Positions 19,088 through 27,494 of a stretch of DNA of 64,000 bases are shown here, in pieces (within the stretch, counting starts at the first letter, position 1; every line of letters begins with the position of its first letter). The notes under the pieces are model-generated. The model was not told the origin of the DNA. It worked only from the letters and a program-made list of their open reading frames with translations, and made no database searches. This DNA is from Desulfosudaceae bacterium (GTDB taxonomy: Bacteria > Desulfobacterota > Desulfobacteria > Desulfobacterales > Desulfosudaceae). Both the position numbers and the translations under genes were made by a program. The DNA lies in NCBI GenBank assembly GCA_963674745.2, contig CAXXDV010000001.1, positions 2,336,001-2,400,000 on the forward strand, in the 5' to 3' direction.

Positions 19088-19148
19088 TATCAACCCATTG
19101 TATTTGCAGTATATTTAATTTTTATGATGGCTTGGCATGCTTCTTGAT
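19088..19148 (+). promoter_or_regulatory. Putative sigma-54 (-24/-12) promoter with upstream IHF site
   Basis: TATCAACCCATTG (19088-19100) matches IHF WATCAAN4TTR exactly. TGGCATGCTTCTTGAT (19133-19148) matches TGGCA-N6-TTG(C/A). GGAGGAG RBS at 19180. Confidence 0.55.
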
Positions 19149-19261
19149 AGGTATATAGTAACGTTGTTAATAAAACTTTGGAGGAGCCTATATTATTTTT
19201 TATATTTAATAAGAATGCCGGTTGACCAGGATGTTTCGGGGCCGGGATTGTGTTCTAGTCA

Positions 19262-19292
19262 CCCCCCCCCCCACCCCCCCCCCCCAAACCCC
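19262..19292. repeat. Poly-C tract C11-A-C12-AAA-C4
   Basis: Read directly from the sequence. Confidence 0.9.
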
Positions 19293-19440
19293 GACAAACA
19301 TATTTCCCGGCCCTGGAATTTCCTGGCCAACCGGCATTTTGAATTAATCCTGAATTTAAAATTTCAACTTCCGGAACACCTTCTGTTCTTCTTCACTTAA
19401 GCAATGACTTTCCCGTGCTTCATGTCTTTCCCCTTTTGCC

Positions 19441-19560
19441 AATGTCAACGCCATGGTGGTTTAGGATAACAAGCTGGGCGTGGATTCCGGTCCCGGCGAC
19501 GGGGTTTACCGGTACAATGGTGCCTGGAACCTGATACGGTCCTGGAGTACGGCCGAGTAA
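19441..19560 (+). pseudogene. Probable 3' remnant of a lost or garbled gene (beta-repeat-like peptide)
   Basis: The frame reads NVNAMVV*DNKLGVDSGPGDGVYRYNGAWNLIRSWSTAE*. It is protein-like with normal GC and has one internal TAG. Confidence 0.35.
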
Positions 19561-19592
19561 GCCAGGGAGACCGCCAAATAGTAAGCAGGCAG

Positions 19593-20708
19593 TTATGGCT
19601 TTATGACCTGAAAGAGCTTCTGTTTGACATCTTCTGCGGTAATGGCGTTCAGGCAGGCCAGGTTTTTGCCCGGGCATTTGCGTTTATAACATGGGGCACA
19701 ATCAAGGGGCTTTTTGACGATCAGGTGTTCACTGCCAAAAGGTGCGGTAAGCGAAGGGTCGGTCGGACCGAAGATGGTTACATAATGCGTTCCAACCGCG
19801 GCGGCGATATGGGCGGAGCCGCAATCAGGTCCGACCGCGGCTTCGGCCTGCTGTAAAACCGCTGCCAGTTCCGGCAGCGACGTCTGCCCGACCAGGTTGA
19901 TCAGGCGGGCGTTACTGATCTCATGCTCAAGGTCGCAGGCCATTTGATATTTTGCCCCGGTGTCGACCATGACCATATTTAAGGATGTTTCCTGGAGAAG
20001 GTCACGAATTAAGTCCGCGTATCCTTTAAAATGCCATTCCTTTGAAACCCAGCTTGAACCGAGAACGACGGCCATGAAGGGCGGCTTCAATTTTGGCAGC
20101 ACCTTCTCCGCATTGGATGAAAGCGCGTTTTTTGAAAAACCGAAATCAAGCGCCTGGGATTTGAAAAGTTCCCGGGACCGGGACGGGTCAAATGCCGTAT
20201 GACAGCCCAGAAGTTCCGTAAATTTCAGGTAATGAAAGATTTTGGGGTATGCCTCATCCATGCGGGGGATATGGATATTGTTAAACAGCCAGTTCCCCTC
20301 TTTGGCGTTTGCCCGATGAAACCCGATCCGACAGGCGGCGCCGGTAACAAATGAAAAAAATCCGCTTTTCAGGTGACGCTGTAGATCAAGCACACAGTCA
20401 AAAGGCCTTTTCCTCAGCTCATAAAGGATACCTGTTAACCCGCCCTGTTGCCAGTTGGCCCGGTTAAACACCAGGATCTCATCGATAAGCGGGTGGACCG
20501 TTACGATCCCCTCGCATTTGGGCTCTATCAGCCAGGTAATGGTGGATTCCGGAAATCGATTTTTAATCAGTGAAACCAGACACAGCCCCCGGGTCACATC
20601 ACCCAGGGACCCCATGAGGATGATCAGAAAAGACGGTGCTTCAGGCAATTGCAGGCCGTCTCCGGCGCGTGATTCGTCTATATGTGTTGATGGTTTGATT
20701 CCGGTCAT
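19593..20708 (-). CDS. GT9 heptosyltransferase family protein
   Basis: MGSLGDV, LDLQRHLKSG, GSSWVSKEW, VGPDCGSAHIAAAVG, FGPT, CAPCYKRKC. Confidence 0.9.
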   Translation of the reverse strand: MTGIKPSTHIDESRAGDGLQLPEAPSFLIILMGSLGDVTRGLCLVSLIKNRFPESTITWLIEPKCEGIVTVHPLIDEILVFNRANWQQGGLTGILYELRKRPFDCVLDLQRHLKSGFFSFVTGAACRIGFHRANAKEGNWLFNNIHIPRMDEAYPKIFHYLKFTELLGCHTAFDPSRSRELFKSQALDFGFSKNALSSNAEKVLPKLKPPFMAVVLGSSWVSKEWHFKGYADLIRDLLQETSLNMVMVDTGAKYQMACDLEHEISNARLINLVGQTSLPELAAVLQQAEAAVGPDCGSAHIAAAVGTHYVTIFGPTDPSLTAPFGSEHLIVKKPLDCAPCYKRKCPGKNLACLNAITAEDVKQKLFQVIKP

Positions 20709-20916
20709 ATGTTCAAAAGTCCTTCCAGGATCGTGTAGGGGAAATTACCATGCCTGAACAGGATTATCAAGCTGTCAGCCAGGAAGGGCCGAGTCGTCGC
20801 ATCTGTCGGCCGCACCAGAAAACCATTGACACCAACCGCCGCTCTTGTTAGAGGTAATCATTTTTAGAGATACCCTTTGAAATAAATAGATTATCATTAT
20901 TTTTTTACTTCAGCAC

Positions 20917-22407
20917 ATGATTCCTCAGTTATATTCAGCTAAATGGGAAAACTTGAAAAAAGGTGAGCCTGATCCGGAGGCGATAGGTCACCTGGCACGC
21001 CAGATCGCCCTGTCTTTTATGGACGCCTGTTTGTATTGCGACCGGTATGAACATACCTGTATCCAGCTGTTATGTGAGATGGCCACCGCCTTTGAGGCGG
21101 ACAGCGGATTGAACGCCAAGGCCTCATCAGCGCTTTTTAATATTGTTGTTGAAGGCCTTTGTGACGAGTTCGAGGACATGCAGGTGGAAATATACGACCG
21201 GGTCATGTGCCAGATCATTTCTTTCTGCCGGAACATTCCCCAGGGACAGGACCTGGATAAAACACTTTCCCGTTTTGGCTTTGGTTCTTCTGAGAGTCTC
21301 ATTGGCCGTGCTGCCGGCATGCGCAAACATTTTTTCATTCAAGAAGATATCGAGAAACCGGGAAAAATTATTTTTCTTTCCCGGGTGACCTTTGGCGCGG
21401 ACATCGCGGTTACCAGCGTGCTGATACAGCGGTTTGCCGACGCTTTTCCCGGGGCGGAACTGGTCTTGCTCGGCAATGGCAAGTTAAATGGCCTGTTCGG
21501 CGGACATGAAAAGCTGCGGATTCGAGAGCTTCATTATCCCCGCCGGGGAGATCTGCTGGCCCGGTTTTCGGCCTGGTTTTCCACCCTGGAAGCCATCCGG
21601 GAAGAAACGGCGGAAATCGGCCACAGGTTTCTGGTAATTGACCCGGATTCACGCTTGTCCCAGCTGGGTATCCTGCCGGTGACGGATACCGGGCGGTATT
21701 TTTTCTTTAACAGCCGGTTTAACGGCAGCAGTCCTTACCGCTTGTCCATGTCGGAGCTGGCCAATGAATGGGCCAATCGTATTCTGCCCGAGTCCGGTTT
21801 TTATCATCCCGGGGCCTGGATCGATGACACCTCGAAGGAAACTGCCGGGAGTTTAATTAAAGCGTTGCGCCGTTTTTCAGAACGTATTGTAACCGTCAAT
21901 CTGGGTGTGGGCGGAAACAGTCGGAAGCGGCTGGATGATGATTTTGAGCTCAGGCTGCTGGCATCGCTATTGTCTGAAGAAAACACTTCCGTGGTCCTGG
22001 ATTGCGGGGCCGATGACGAAGAAAAAAAGCGGGCCGAAAAACTGCTTGCGGCCCTGGGCGAACAGGGGGTTGCAACCGCCGAGGCTGATTTGAGCGGCTC
22101 CCCGGTAACACTTTCCGGCCCCGGTATTATCAGTATTCTTTCCAGCATCGGTGAAATCGCGGCCGTAATTTCCGCCAGTGATGAGTTTATCGGGTATGAT
22201 TCGGCCTGCCAGCATATCGCGGCTGCCGCCGGCATCCCTTCCTGCACCGTATTTGCCGGCTCGAATAACCCCCGCTTCGTCAGGAGATGGCATGCCCGGG
22301 GACAGGCCGTCAGCCGTATTATCCATGTGGATAATTTGAGCCGGGACAAAATCTTCGATAACGCCGACATTATCGCACGTATCAATGCCGCCAGGGAACG
22401 GGCATGA
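20917..22407 (+). CDS. Divergent GT9-like glycosyltransferase with ~145-aa N-terminal domain
   Basis: SRVTFGADIAVTSV resembles the LGD motif, and FIGYDSACQHIAAAAGIP resembles GNDSG.MH.AAA. Confidence 0.7.
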   Translation: MIPQLYSAKWENLKKGEPDPEAIGHLARQIALSFMDACLYCDRYEHTCIQLLCEMATAFEADSGLNAKASSALFNIVVEGLCDEFEDMQVEIYDRVMCQIISFCRNIPQGQDLDKTLSRFGFGSSESLIGRAAGMRKHFFIQEDIEKPGKIIFLSRVTFGADIAVTSVLIQRFADAFPGAELVLLGNGKLNGLFGGHEKLRIRELHYPRRGDLLARFSAWFSTLEAIREETAEIGHRFLVIDPDSRLSQLGILPVTDTGRYFFFNSRFNGSSPYRLSMSELANEWANRILPESGFYHPGAWIDDTSKETAGSLIKALRRFSERIVTVNLGVGGNSRKRLDDDFELRLLASLLSEENTSVVLDCGADDEEKKRAEKLLAALGEQGVATAEADLSGSPVTLSGPGIISILSSIGEIAAVISASDEFIGYDSACQHIAAAAGIPSCTVFAGSNNPRFVRRWHARGQAVSRIIHVDNLSRDKIFDNADIIARINAARERA

Positions 22408-23921
22408 AAGTACTGTTTGTTTATCCCAATGCCGGTTCACAGCTTGGTTTTAATTATGGCCTGGCTCAGATGAGCGCCGTGTTGAAACAGGCCGGACACC
22501 AGGTAACACTCGTCCACCTGGCCGAAGAACTGGGGCCGCTGCCACAAGAGGCGCAGCTCCAGGCCATGGTCAAAGAATACGATCCCGGGCTGATCGGTTT
22601 TTCCGTGGTGACCAACCAGTGGCCCCTGGCCCGGCAAATCGCCGGATGGATCCGAAAGACCACAGACGTGCCCATTGTCTGCGGCGGTATTCATGCCACG
22701 GTGGCCGCCGACCAGATCCTTCGTTCGGGGGTGTTTGATTATGTACTGGTCGGAGAGTGCGATACCGCTCTTCTGGAATTCGTCAATATCATTGAGCAGG
22801 GGGAGGACCCTTCCGGCATCCGGAACCTGGGGTTTTTAAAAGACGGCACCGTCCGGATAAACCCGGTCCGGCCGTTTCCCGGCCTTGAAACGCTTCCCAT
22901 GAAGGACTACAGCCTTTTTGACTTTCAGAAGCTGATCGATGAAAAAAACGGCTGGGTCGGTCTGATGGCCTCGCGGGGCTGCCCTTTTCAGTGTACTTAC
23001 TGCTTTAATCATCTAATCGTGAAAAAATACCGGGCTGAGCTTGGCTGTAGTTTTTCGGGGCTGAATTATATCCGTCATGTCCCTGTTCCCGCCATGATCG
23101 CTGAGATCAGGTACCTGATTGAAAATTATAAAAACATTAAAATGTTCATCTTCGATGATGACCTTTTTACCTTTAATGCCGATTATCTGCTGGCGTTTTG
23201 TGAGGCTTATAAAAACGTCTGCCAGATCCCGTTTGTGGTCAATGCCCATGTTCACTTTTTCGACCGTAAGCGGGCAAAAGCGCTGGCCGAAGCCGGTTGC
23301 CGGATTGTCAAATTCGGCCTGGAAAGCGGCAGCCCCAGGGTGCGCAAAGAAATCATGCGCCGGCATACCAGCAACAAGGATATCGCCCAGGCCATTTCAT
23401 ACGCCAAGGACGAAGGCATGCACACCTCTTGTTTTGTCATGATCGGTCTGCCCGGAGAAACATCTGAAAACGTGATGGAAACCATTGACCTTCTGGCACA
23501 GGCAAAACCAGGACGGTTCCGCTGGACATTTTTTTACCCCTTTCCGGGAACAGAAGCTTACGCCATCAGCGAACGGGGCGGCTATATCGACTTTGAAAAA
23601 AAAGAACAACTGGTTAATTTTACCGACACGACCTGTCTCGACTTCGGTCCGGAACAGAACCTGTTCTTAAAAAAGGTCGGCCGGATTATGCCCTGGTTTG
23701 TTAACGCCCGTGCAAAAATGGACTGTTCGCAGGTTTACCGGCAGAACGTCGATGCGCTTCTGGCTCTGGACGAAGCCGCATGGGCGGCCGTTGCGGACGG
23801 CCTGGTTGAAGAGGATAAACAGCTTTCATCGCAGATGGTCGAAGCCGGGAAGACCCATTACGCCATCAAGTATAACCGCTTTATGGGCGTTATTTCGGAT
23901 TATTTCTTAGAAGAAGAATAA
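22404..23921 (+). CDS. B12-binding domain radical SAM protein
   Basis: N-terminal Rossmann-like B12 domain (GGIHAT, VGECD), SRGCPFQCTYC, DDDLF, GLESGS, MIGLPGET. ATGA overlap with the upstream gene. Confidence 0.93.
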   Translation: MKVLFVYPNAGSQLGFNYGLAQMSAVLKQAGHQVTLVHLAEELGPLPQEAQLQAMVKEYDPGLIGFSVVTNQWPLARQIAGWIRKTTDVPIVCGGIHATVAADQILRSGVFDYVLVGECDTALLEFVNIIEQGEDPSGIRNLGFLKDGTVRINPVRPFPGLETLPMKDYSLFDFQKLIDEKNGWVGLMASRGCPFQCTYCFNHLIVKKYRAELGCSFSGLNYIRHVPVPAMIAEIRYLIENYKNIKMFIFDDDLFTFNADYLLAFCEAYKNVCQIPFVVNAHVHFFDRKRAKALAEAGCRIVKFGLESGSPRVRKEIMRRHTSNKDIAQAISYAKDEGMHTSCFVMIGLPGETSENVMETIDLLAQAKPGRFRWTFFYPFPGTEAYAISERGGYIDFEKKEQLVNFTDTTCLDFGPEQNLFLKKVGRIMPWFVNARAKMDCSQVYRQNVDALLALDEAAWAAVADGLVEEDKQLSSQMVEAGKTHYAIKYNRFMGVISDYFLEEE

Positions 23922-23936
23922 ACGATTTAACCGTAA

Positions 23937-24094
23937 GGGTATCTCTAAAAATTAGAATTTTGGTTCGAGGTCAAGGCGTGCGAAAATTATACAGTAGGGG
24001 CACGGCGTGCCGTGCCCTGATTGGTCGTATTTCGAGGATTAAAATTTGAGCACAACGCCGACATCGGGCCAAAAGGCAATTTTTAGAGGTGCCC
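23937..24094. mobile_element. MITE-like element, 158 bp, with 17-bp TIRs and a 4-bp TSD
   Basis: GGGTATCTCTAAAAATT ... AATTTTTAGAGGTGCCC (15/17 inverted match), flanked by GTAA on both sides (23933-36 and 24095-98). No ORF inside. Confidence 0.8.
23994..24018 (+). repeat. GTAG-type REP-like hairpin nested in the MITE
   Basis: GTAG followed by the perfect stem GGGCACGGC-GT-GCCGTGCCC. Confidence 0.7.
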
Positions 24095-24098
24095 GTAA

Positions 24099-25232
24099 TC
24101 AGCTGCCCAGCATAAAACTCCACAACACACCCGCTGCAATGGCCGAGCCGATAACGCCGGATGAATTACAGGCCATGGCATGCATGAGCAGATAGTTGGT
24201 GGGGTCTTCATGCAGACCGACCAGGTGGACCTCCCGGGCGGATCCCGGAACCGCGGAAACGCCGGCTGCACCAAGCAGGGGGTTGATCTTGTTTTTCATG
24301 AACAGGTTCATGATTTTCCCAAAGATAAGCCCCGATGCGGTAGCAACGGAAAAAGCGACCGCACCCAGAAAAAAGATGCCGATGGATTTCCCGGTCAGGA
24401 AAATATCACCCTGGGTGCTGGCGCCTACGGTCATGCCCAGGAAAATGGTGGCGGCATCCATGATAACCGTTCGGGCGCTTTGGGCCAATCGTTCAGCCTG
24501 GCCGCATTCTTTGAGAAAATTACCGAAAAAGAACGGCCCCAGCAGGGGAATTGAGGCAGGTGCCAGAAAACAGCAGAGCACGATACCGATGACCGGAAAA
24601 ATCATGCGTTCATTTTTGGATGTTTCACGAATTTCCGGCATGCGGATCAAGCGTTCCTTACGGGTGGTCAGCAGCCGCATGATGGGCGGCTGGATGACAG
24701 GAATCAACGCCATGTAAGAATAAGCGGCAATGGCAATGGGGCCGATCAGGTGGGGCGCCAGCTTGGCTGTAAGGAAGATCGAGGTCGGGCCGTCGGCGCC
24801 GCCGATGATGGCCACGGAAGCGGCTTCTTTGGGCAGAAAACCCAGCCCCAAGGCACCCAGCAGGGTAAAAAATACGCCGACCTGAGCCGCCGCCCCCAGA
24901 AGCATCAGCTTCGGTTGGGATAACAGCGAGGAAAAATCCGTCATAGCCCCCAGGCCAAGAAAGACGATGGATGGATACAGCCCGGAAGTCACGCCGAAAT
25001 ACAGGTAATGCAGAACACTGTTGTTCTCATACACACCAAGCCCGAAACCTTTAAAGAAGGGAACGTTGCCGATAATGATGCCCAGTCCGATGGGGATCAG
25101 CAGTAATGGTTCATAGCCCTTGGCCGCACCAAGGTAAACACAGGTGCTGCCGACAACCAGCATGATCAGGTTGCGGTAATCGGCCAGTGCGAAACCGGTA
25201 TTGCTTAGAAAATCAATGGCTAAATTAAGCAT
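24099..25232 (-). CDS. oadB: Na+-translocating decarboxylase beta subunit (OadB/GcdB/MmdB family)
   Basis: YEPLLLIPIG, GAMTDF, GAAAQ, IIGGADGPTSI, AAYSYMAL.P.IQPP, GAAGVSAVP. Confidence 0.93.
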   Translation of the reverse strand: MLNLAIDFLSNTGFALADYRNLIMLVVGSTCVYLGAAKGYEPLLLIPIGLGIIIGNVPFFKGFGLGVYENNSVLHYLYFGVTSGLYPSIVFLGLGAMTDFSSLLSQPKLMLLGAAAQVGVFFTLLGALGLGFLPKEAASVAIIGGADGPTSIFLTAKLAPHLIGPIAIAAYSYMALIPVIQPPIMRLLTTRKERLIRMPEIRETSKNERMIFPVIGIVLCCFLAPASIPLLGPFFFGNFLKECGQAERLAQSARTVIMDAATIFLGMTVGASTQGDIFLTGKSIGIFFLGAVAFSVATASGLIFGKIMNLFMKNKINPLLGAAGVSAVPGSAREVHLVGLHEDPTNYLLMHAMACNSSGVIGSAIAAGVLWSFMLGS

Positions 25233-25271
25233 TTGTGCTCCTGTTAGAGAGTCGCTGAAGCGGGTTGCGGG

Positions 25272-25691
25272 TTATGTGCGCCATTTGAAGCGGCCGTTTC
25301 CTTCCGGGACAAGCAGACCGGCTTCACGCAATGCTTTGATGGTCAGATGAGGGTGCGGCAATCCGCTTTCCTCGGAAGACCTGTAAAGTTCTGAAAGTTG
25401 GAAAATTTCACCCAGAGACTTGGCGCAATCTTTATAAACGGCGGCAATTTTATTAATACCTTCCTCGGACAGGTCGTCCGGTTTTGATTCAACAACCGGT
25501 TTATGCCCGGGGACTCCCGGTGCTTTTTTGAAGATCGACCCGATTTTCTCCATTATAACCACCAGCATCGGTACTCTGGATATGATAGTCGCAAGCAAAG
25601 CCAGTCCGGTGAGATCGATCGTAATCCCCAGTGCGGCCATTGCCCATCCGTTTTGGGCGGTAATTCGAGAAAAACTAAATAAATCGAACAA
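25272..25691 (-). CDS. OadG-family (decarboxylase gamma/delta) subunit with C-terminal extension
   Basis: Single N-terminal TM segment (GWAMAALGITIDLTGLALLA), directly upstream of oadB. Confidence 0.65.
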   Translation of the reverse strand: MFDLFSFSRITAQNGWAMAALGITIDLTGLALLATIISRVPMLVVIMEKIGSIFKKAPGVPGHKPVVESKPDDLSEEGINKIAAVYKDCAKSLGEIFQLSELYRSSEESGLPHPHLTIKALREAGLLVPEGNGRFKWRT

Positions 25692-26003
25692 AATATCCTC
25701 CCCGGCGGTTTTGTTATGCCAGCCGTTGTTTTTATTCTGTCTGTTGCTGTATCACTTTTTTCGATGTTCCCCCTGACTAATCATATCTGGGGGTAAAATC
25801 TGTTATGTTAATCCATAATTCTCCTTTGATGTCAATAAAAACTTTGATTACACACAGACCTCCCGTAACGCTTTTGATAAACCACCGGCCGGACCGGAGA
25901 TGTTGACATGACTGCCGGCACCGGATAAATTGAACCCTGAGCGGATTGACGTAAGGCGCGTCAATTTTAGCTGAGCGCTGAATGCGATTATGCGGATGAT
26001 TCC

Positions 26004-27485
26004 ATGAGACTGGCCCTGATTTTTAATCCCTTTAAATATAAAGTTCATGAAGAAAACCTGAGGATCGTGCAAAAATATTTCGGTCTGTTTCCCCCGTTGA
26101 GTATCTGCTGGGTGGCGGCCATTGCCCGGCAGGCGGGTCATGAGGTGACGATTATCGACGCCCGGACATTGAAACTGTCCAAAGAAGACGTGTTTGAGCG
26201 GCTGAAAATGTTCAAACCGGATATCATGGGCTTCATGATGACCACCTACATGTTTCAGGATACCCTGGAATGGATCCGTTATCTCAAAAAACGGCTGGAT
26301 ATCCCTGTATTGATCGGTGGCTATAATTTGAGGGTTTATCCGGAAGCATCACTCAGCCATCCTGAAATCGATTACGGGGTGGTGGAACACGCTTTGGAAA
26401 CCGTACCCAGTCTGTTTGCGGCCCTGGAAGGTACGGGAAACCTTGAGGATGTGCCGGGCCTGGTCTATAAAGAGGATGGTAAGATCATCATAAATCCACC
26501 AAATCCTGTCAGTTTTGAAGGTTTCCCCAATCCGGCCCGGGATCTGTTGCCGAACGACTTGTATGCTGAATTTCCGACGGAGAGAAAGAATTTCACCGTC
26601 ATGGTGACCAGCCTGGGCTGTCCTTACGGTTGCAGTTTTTGCGAGGCCGGCAGAACGGTTTATAATCCCAGAAGCCCTGTAACCGTCGTCAATGAAATGG
26701 AGGAGTGCTATACCCGGTACGGTGTCCGGGAAATCGACATCTTTGACTATTCCTTTACGGCGGATAAACAGCGCACGATTGACATCTGCCGGGAGATGAA
26801 AAATCGCGGCCTTGATATCCTGTGGGCCTGTCGCTCACGGATTGATATCGATCGGGAATTGCTGGAAGAGATGAAAAAAGCCGGCTGCGGCAGAATATAT
26901 TACGGCATTGAATCCGGTTGCCAGGAAATTTTAGACCGGGTCAATAAGGGGATTACGCTTGAACAGATCAAAGAGACCATCGATCATACCCGGAAGCTGG
27001 GCATGAAGGCGCTGGGATTTTTTCTTATCGGCGCGCCCGGTGAAACAAAGCAGACGGTCAGGCAGACCGTGAAGTTCGCCCGAACGCTTGATCTGGAGTA
27101 TGTTCAATTTTCCAAGTGCCTGGCCAAACCGCTGACGCCGCTATGGGAACAGATGAAACAGGAGACGGGCAAAGACTACTGGGAAGACTGGGTGCGCGGG
27201 CTGGAGGTGGATCGCCCCCTGCCGCGGCTATGGACGGATTTGACCGACGCGGAAATCGACCGCCTTGCCAAGTGGGCTTATGTCAAATATCACTCCCGGT
27301 TTTTGTTTCTTCTCCGCGCCACAATTCAGGTCAAGTCATTTTCGGAGTTTAAACGAAAATTTTTCGGGTTTTTGGAAATGGTTTTCAGCCAGGAAGATGT
27401 GTCCACAAGGGACGAGTCTTTTATCGCTTATAATGATAATTCCAGGCGGCTGGACTTTTACAAGAAGATTGCAAAATACAAATAG
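26004..27485 (+). CDS. B12-binding domain radical SAM protein
   Basis: FPPLS, B12-type N-terminal domain, TSLGCPYGCSFC, GIESG, IGAPGET. Confidence 0.93.
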   Translation: MRLALIFNPFKYKVHEENLRIVQKYFGLFPPLSICWVAAIARQAGHEVTIIDARTLKLSKEDVFERLKMFKPDIMGFMMTTYMFQDTLEWIRYLKKRLDIPVLIGGYNLRVYPEASLSHPEIDYGVVEHALETVPSLFAALEGTGNLEDVPGLVYKEDGKIIINPPNPVSFEGFPNPARDLLPNDLYAEFPTERKNFTVMVTSLGCPYGCSFCEAGRTVYNPRSPVTVVNEMEECYTRYGVREIDIFDYSFTADKQRTIDICREMKNRGLDILWACRSRIDIDRELLEEMKKAGCGRIYYGIESGCQEILDRVNKGITLEQIKETIDHTRKLGMKALGFFLIGAPGETKQTVRQTVKFARTLDLEYVQFSKCLAKPLTPLWEQMKQETGKDYWEDWVRGLEVDRPLPRLWTDLTDAEIDRLAKWAYVKYHSRFLFLLRATIQVKSFSEFKRKFFGFLEMVFSQEDVSTRDESFIAYNDNSRRLDFYKKIAKYK

Positions 27486-27494
27486 TTGACTTTT

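Noticed and set aside
19137..19400. 87-aa ORF with a poly-Pro stretch
   Set aside because: The prolines come from the poly-C tract, the start lies inside the putative promoter, and the composition is not protein-like.
19462..19464. TAG in the gene stub as pyrrolysine
   Set aside because: There are no pyl genes or methylamine methyltransferase context. Decay or a sequencing error (TGG to TAG) is simpler.
25692..26003. Cobalamin riboswitch upstream of the B12-radical SAM operon
   Set aside because: No B12-box or GGGAA/CCCGCAACTGT core is visible; only generic short dyads.
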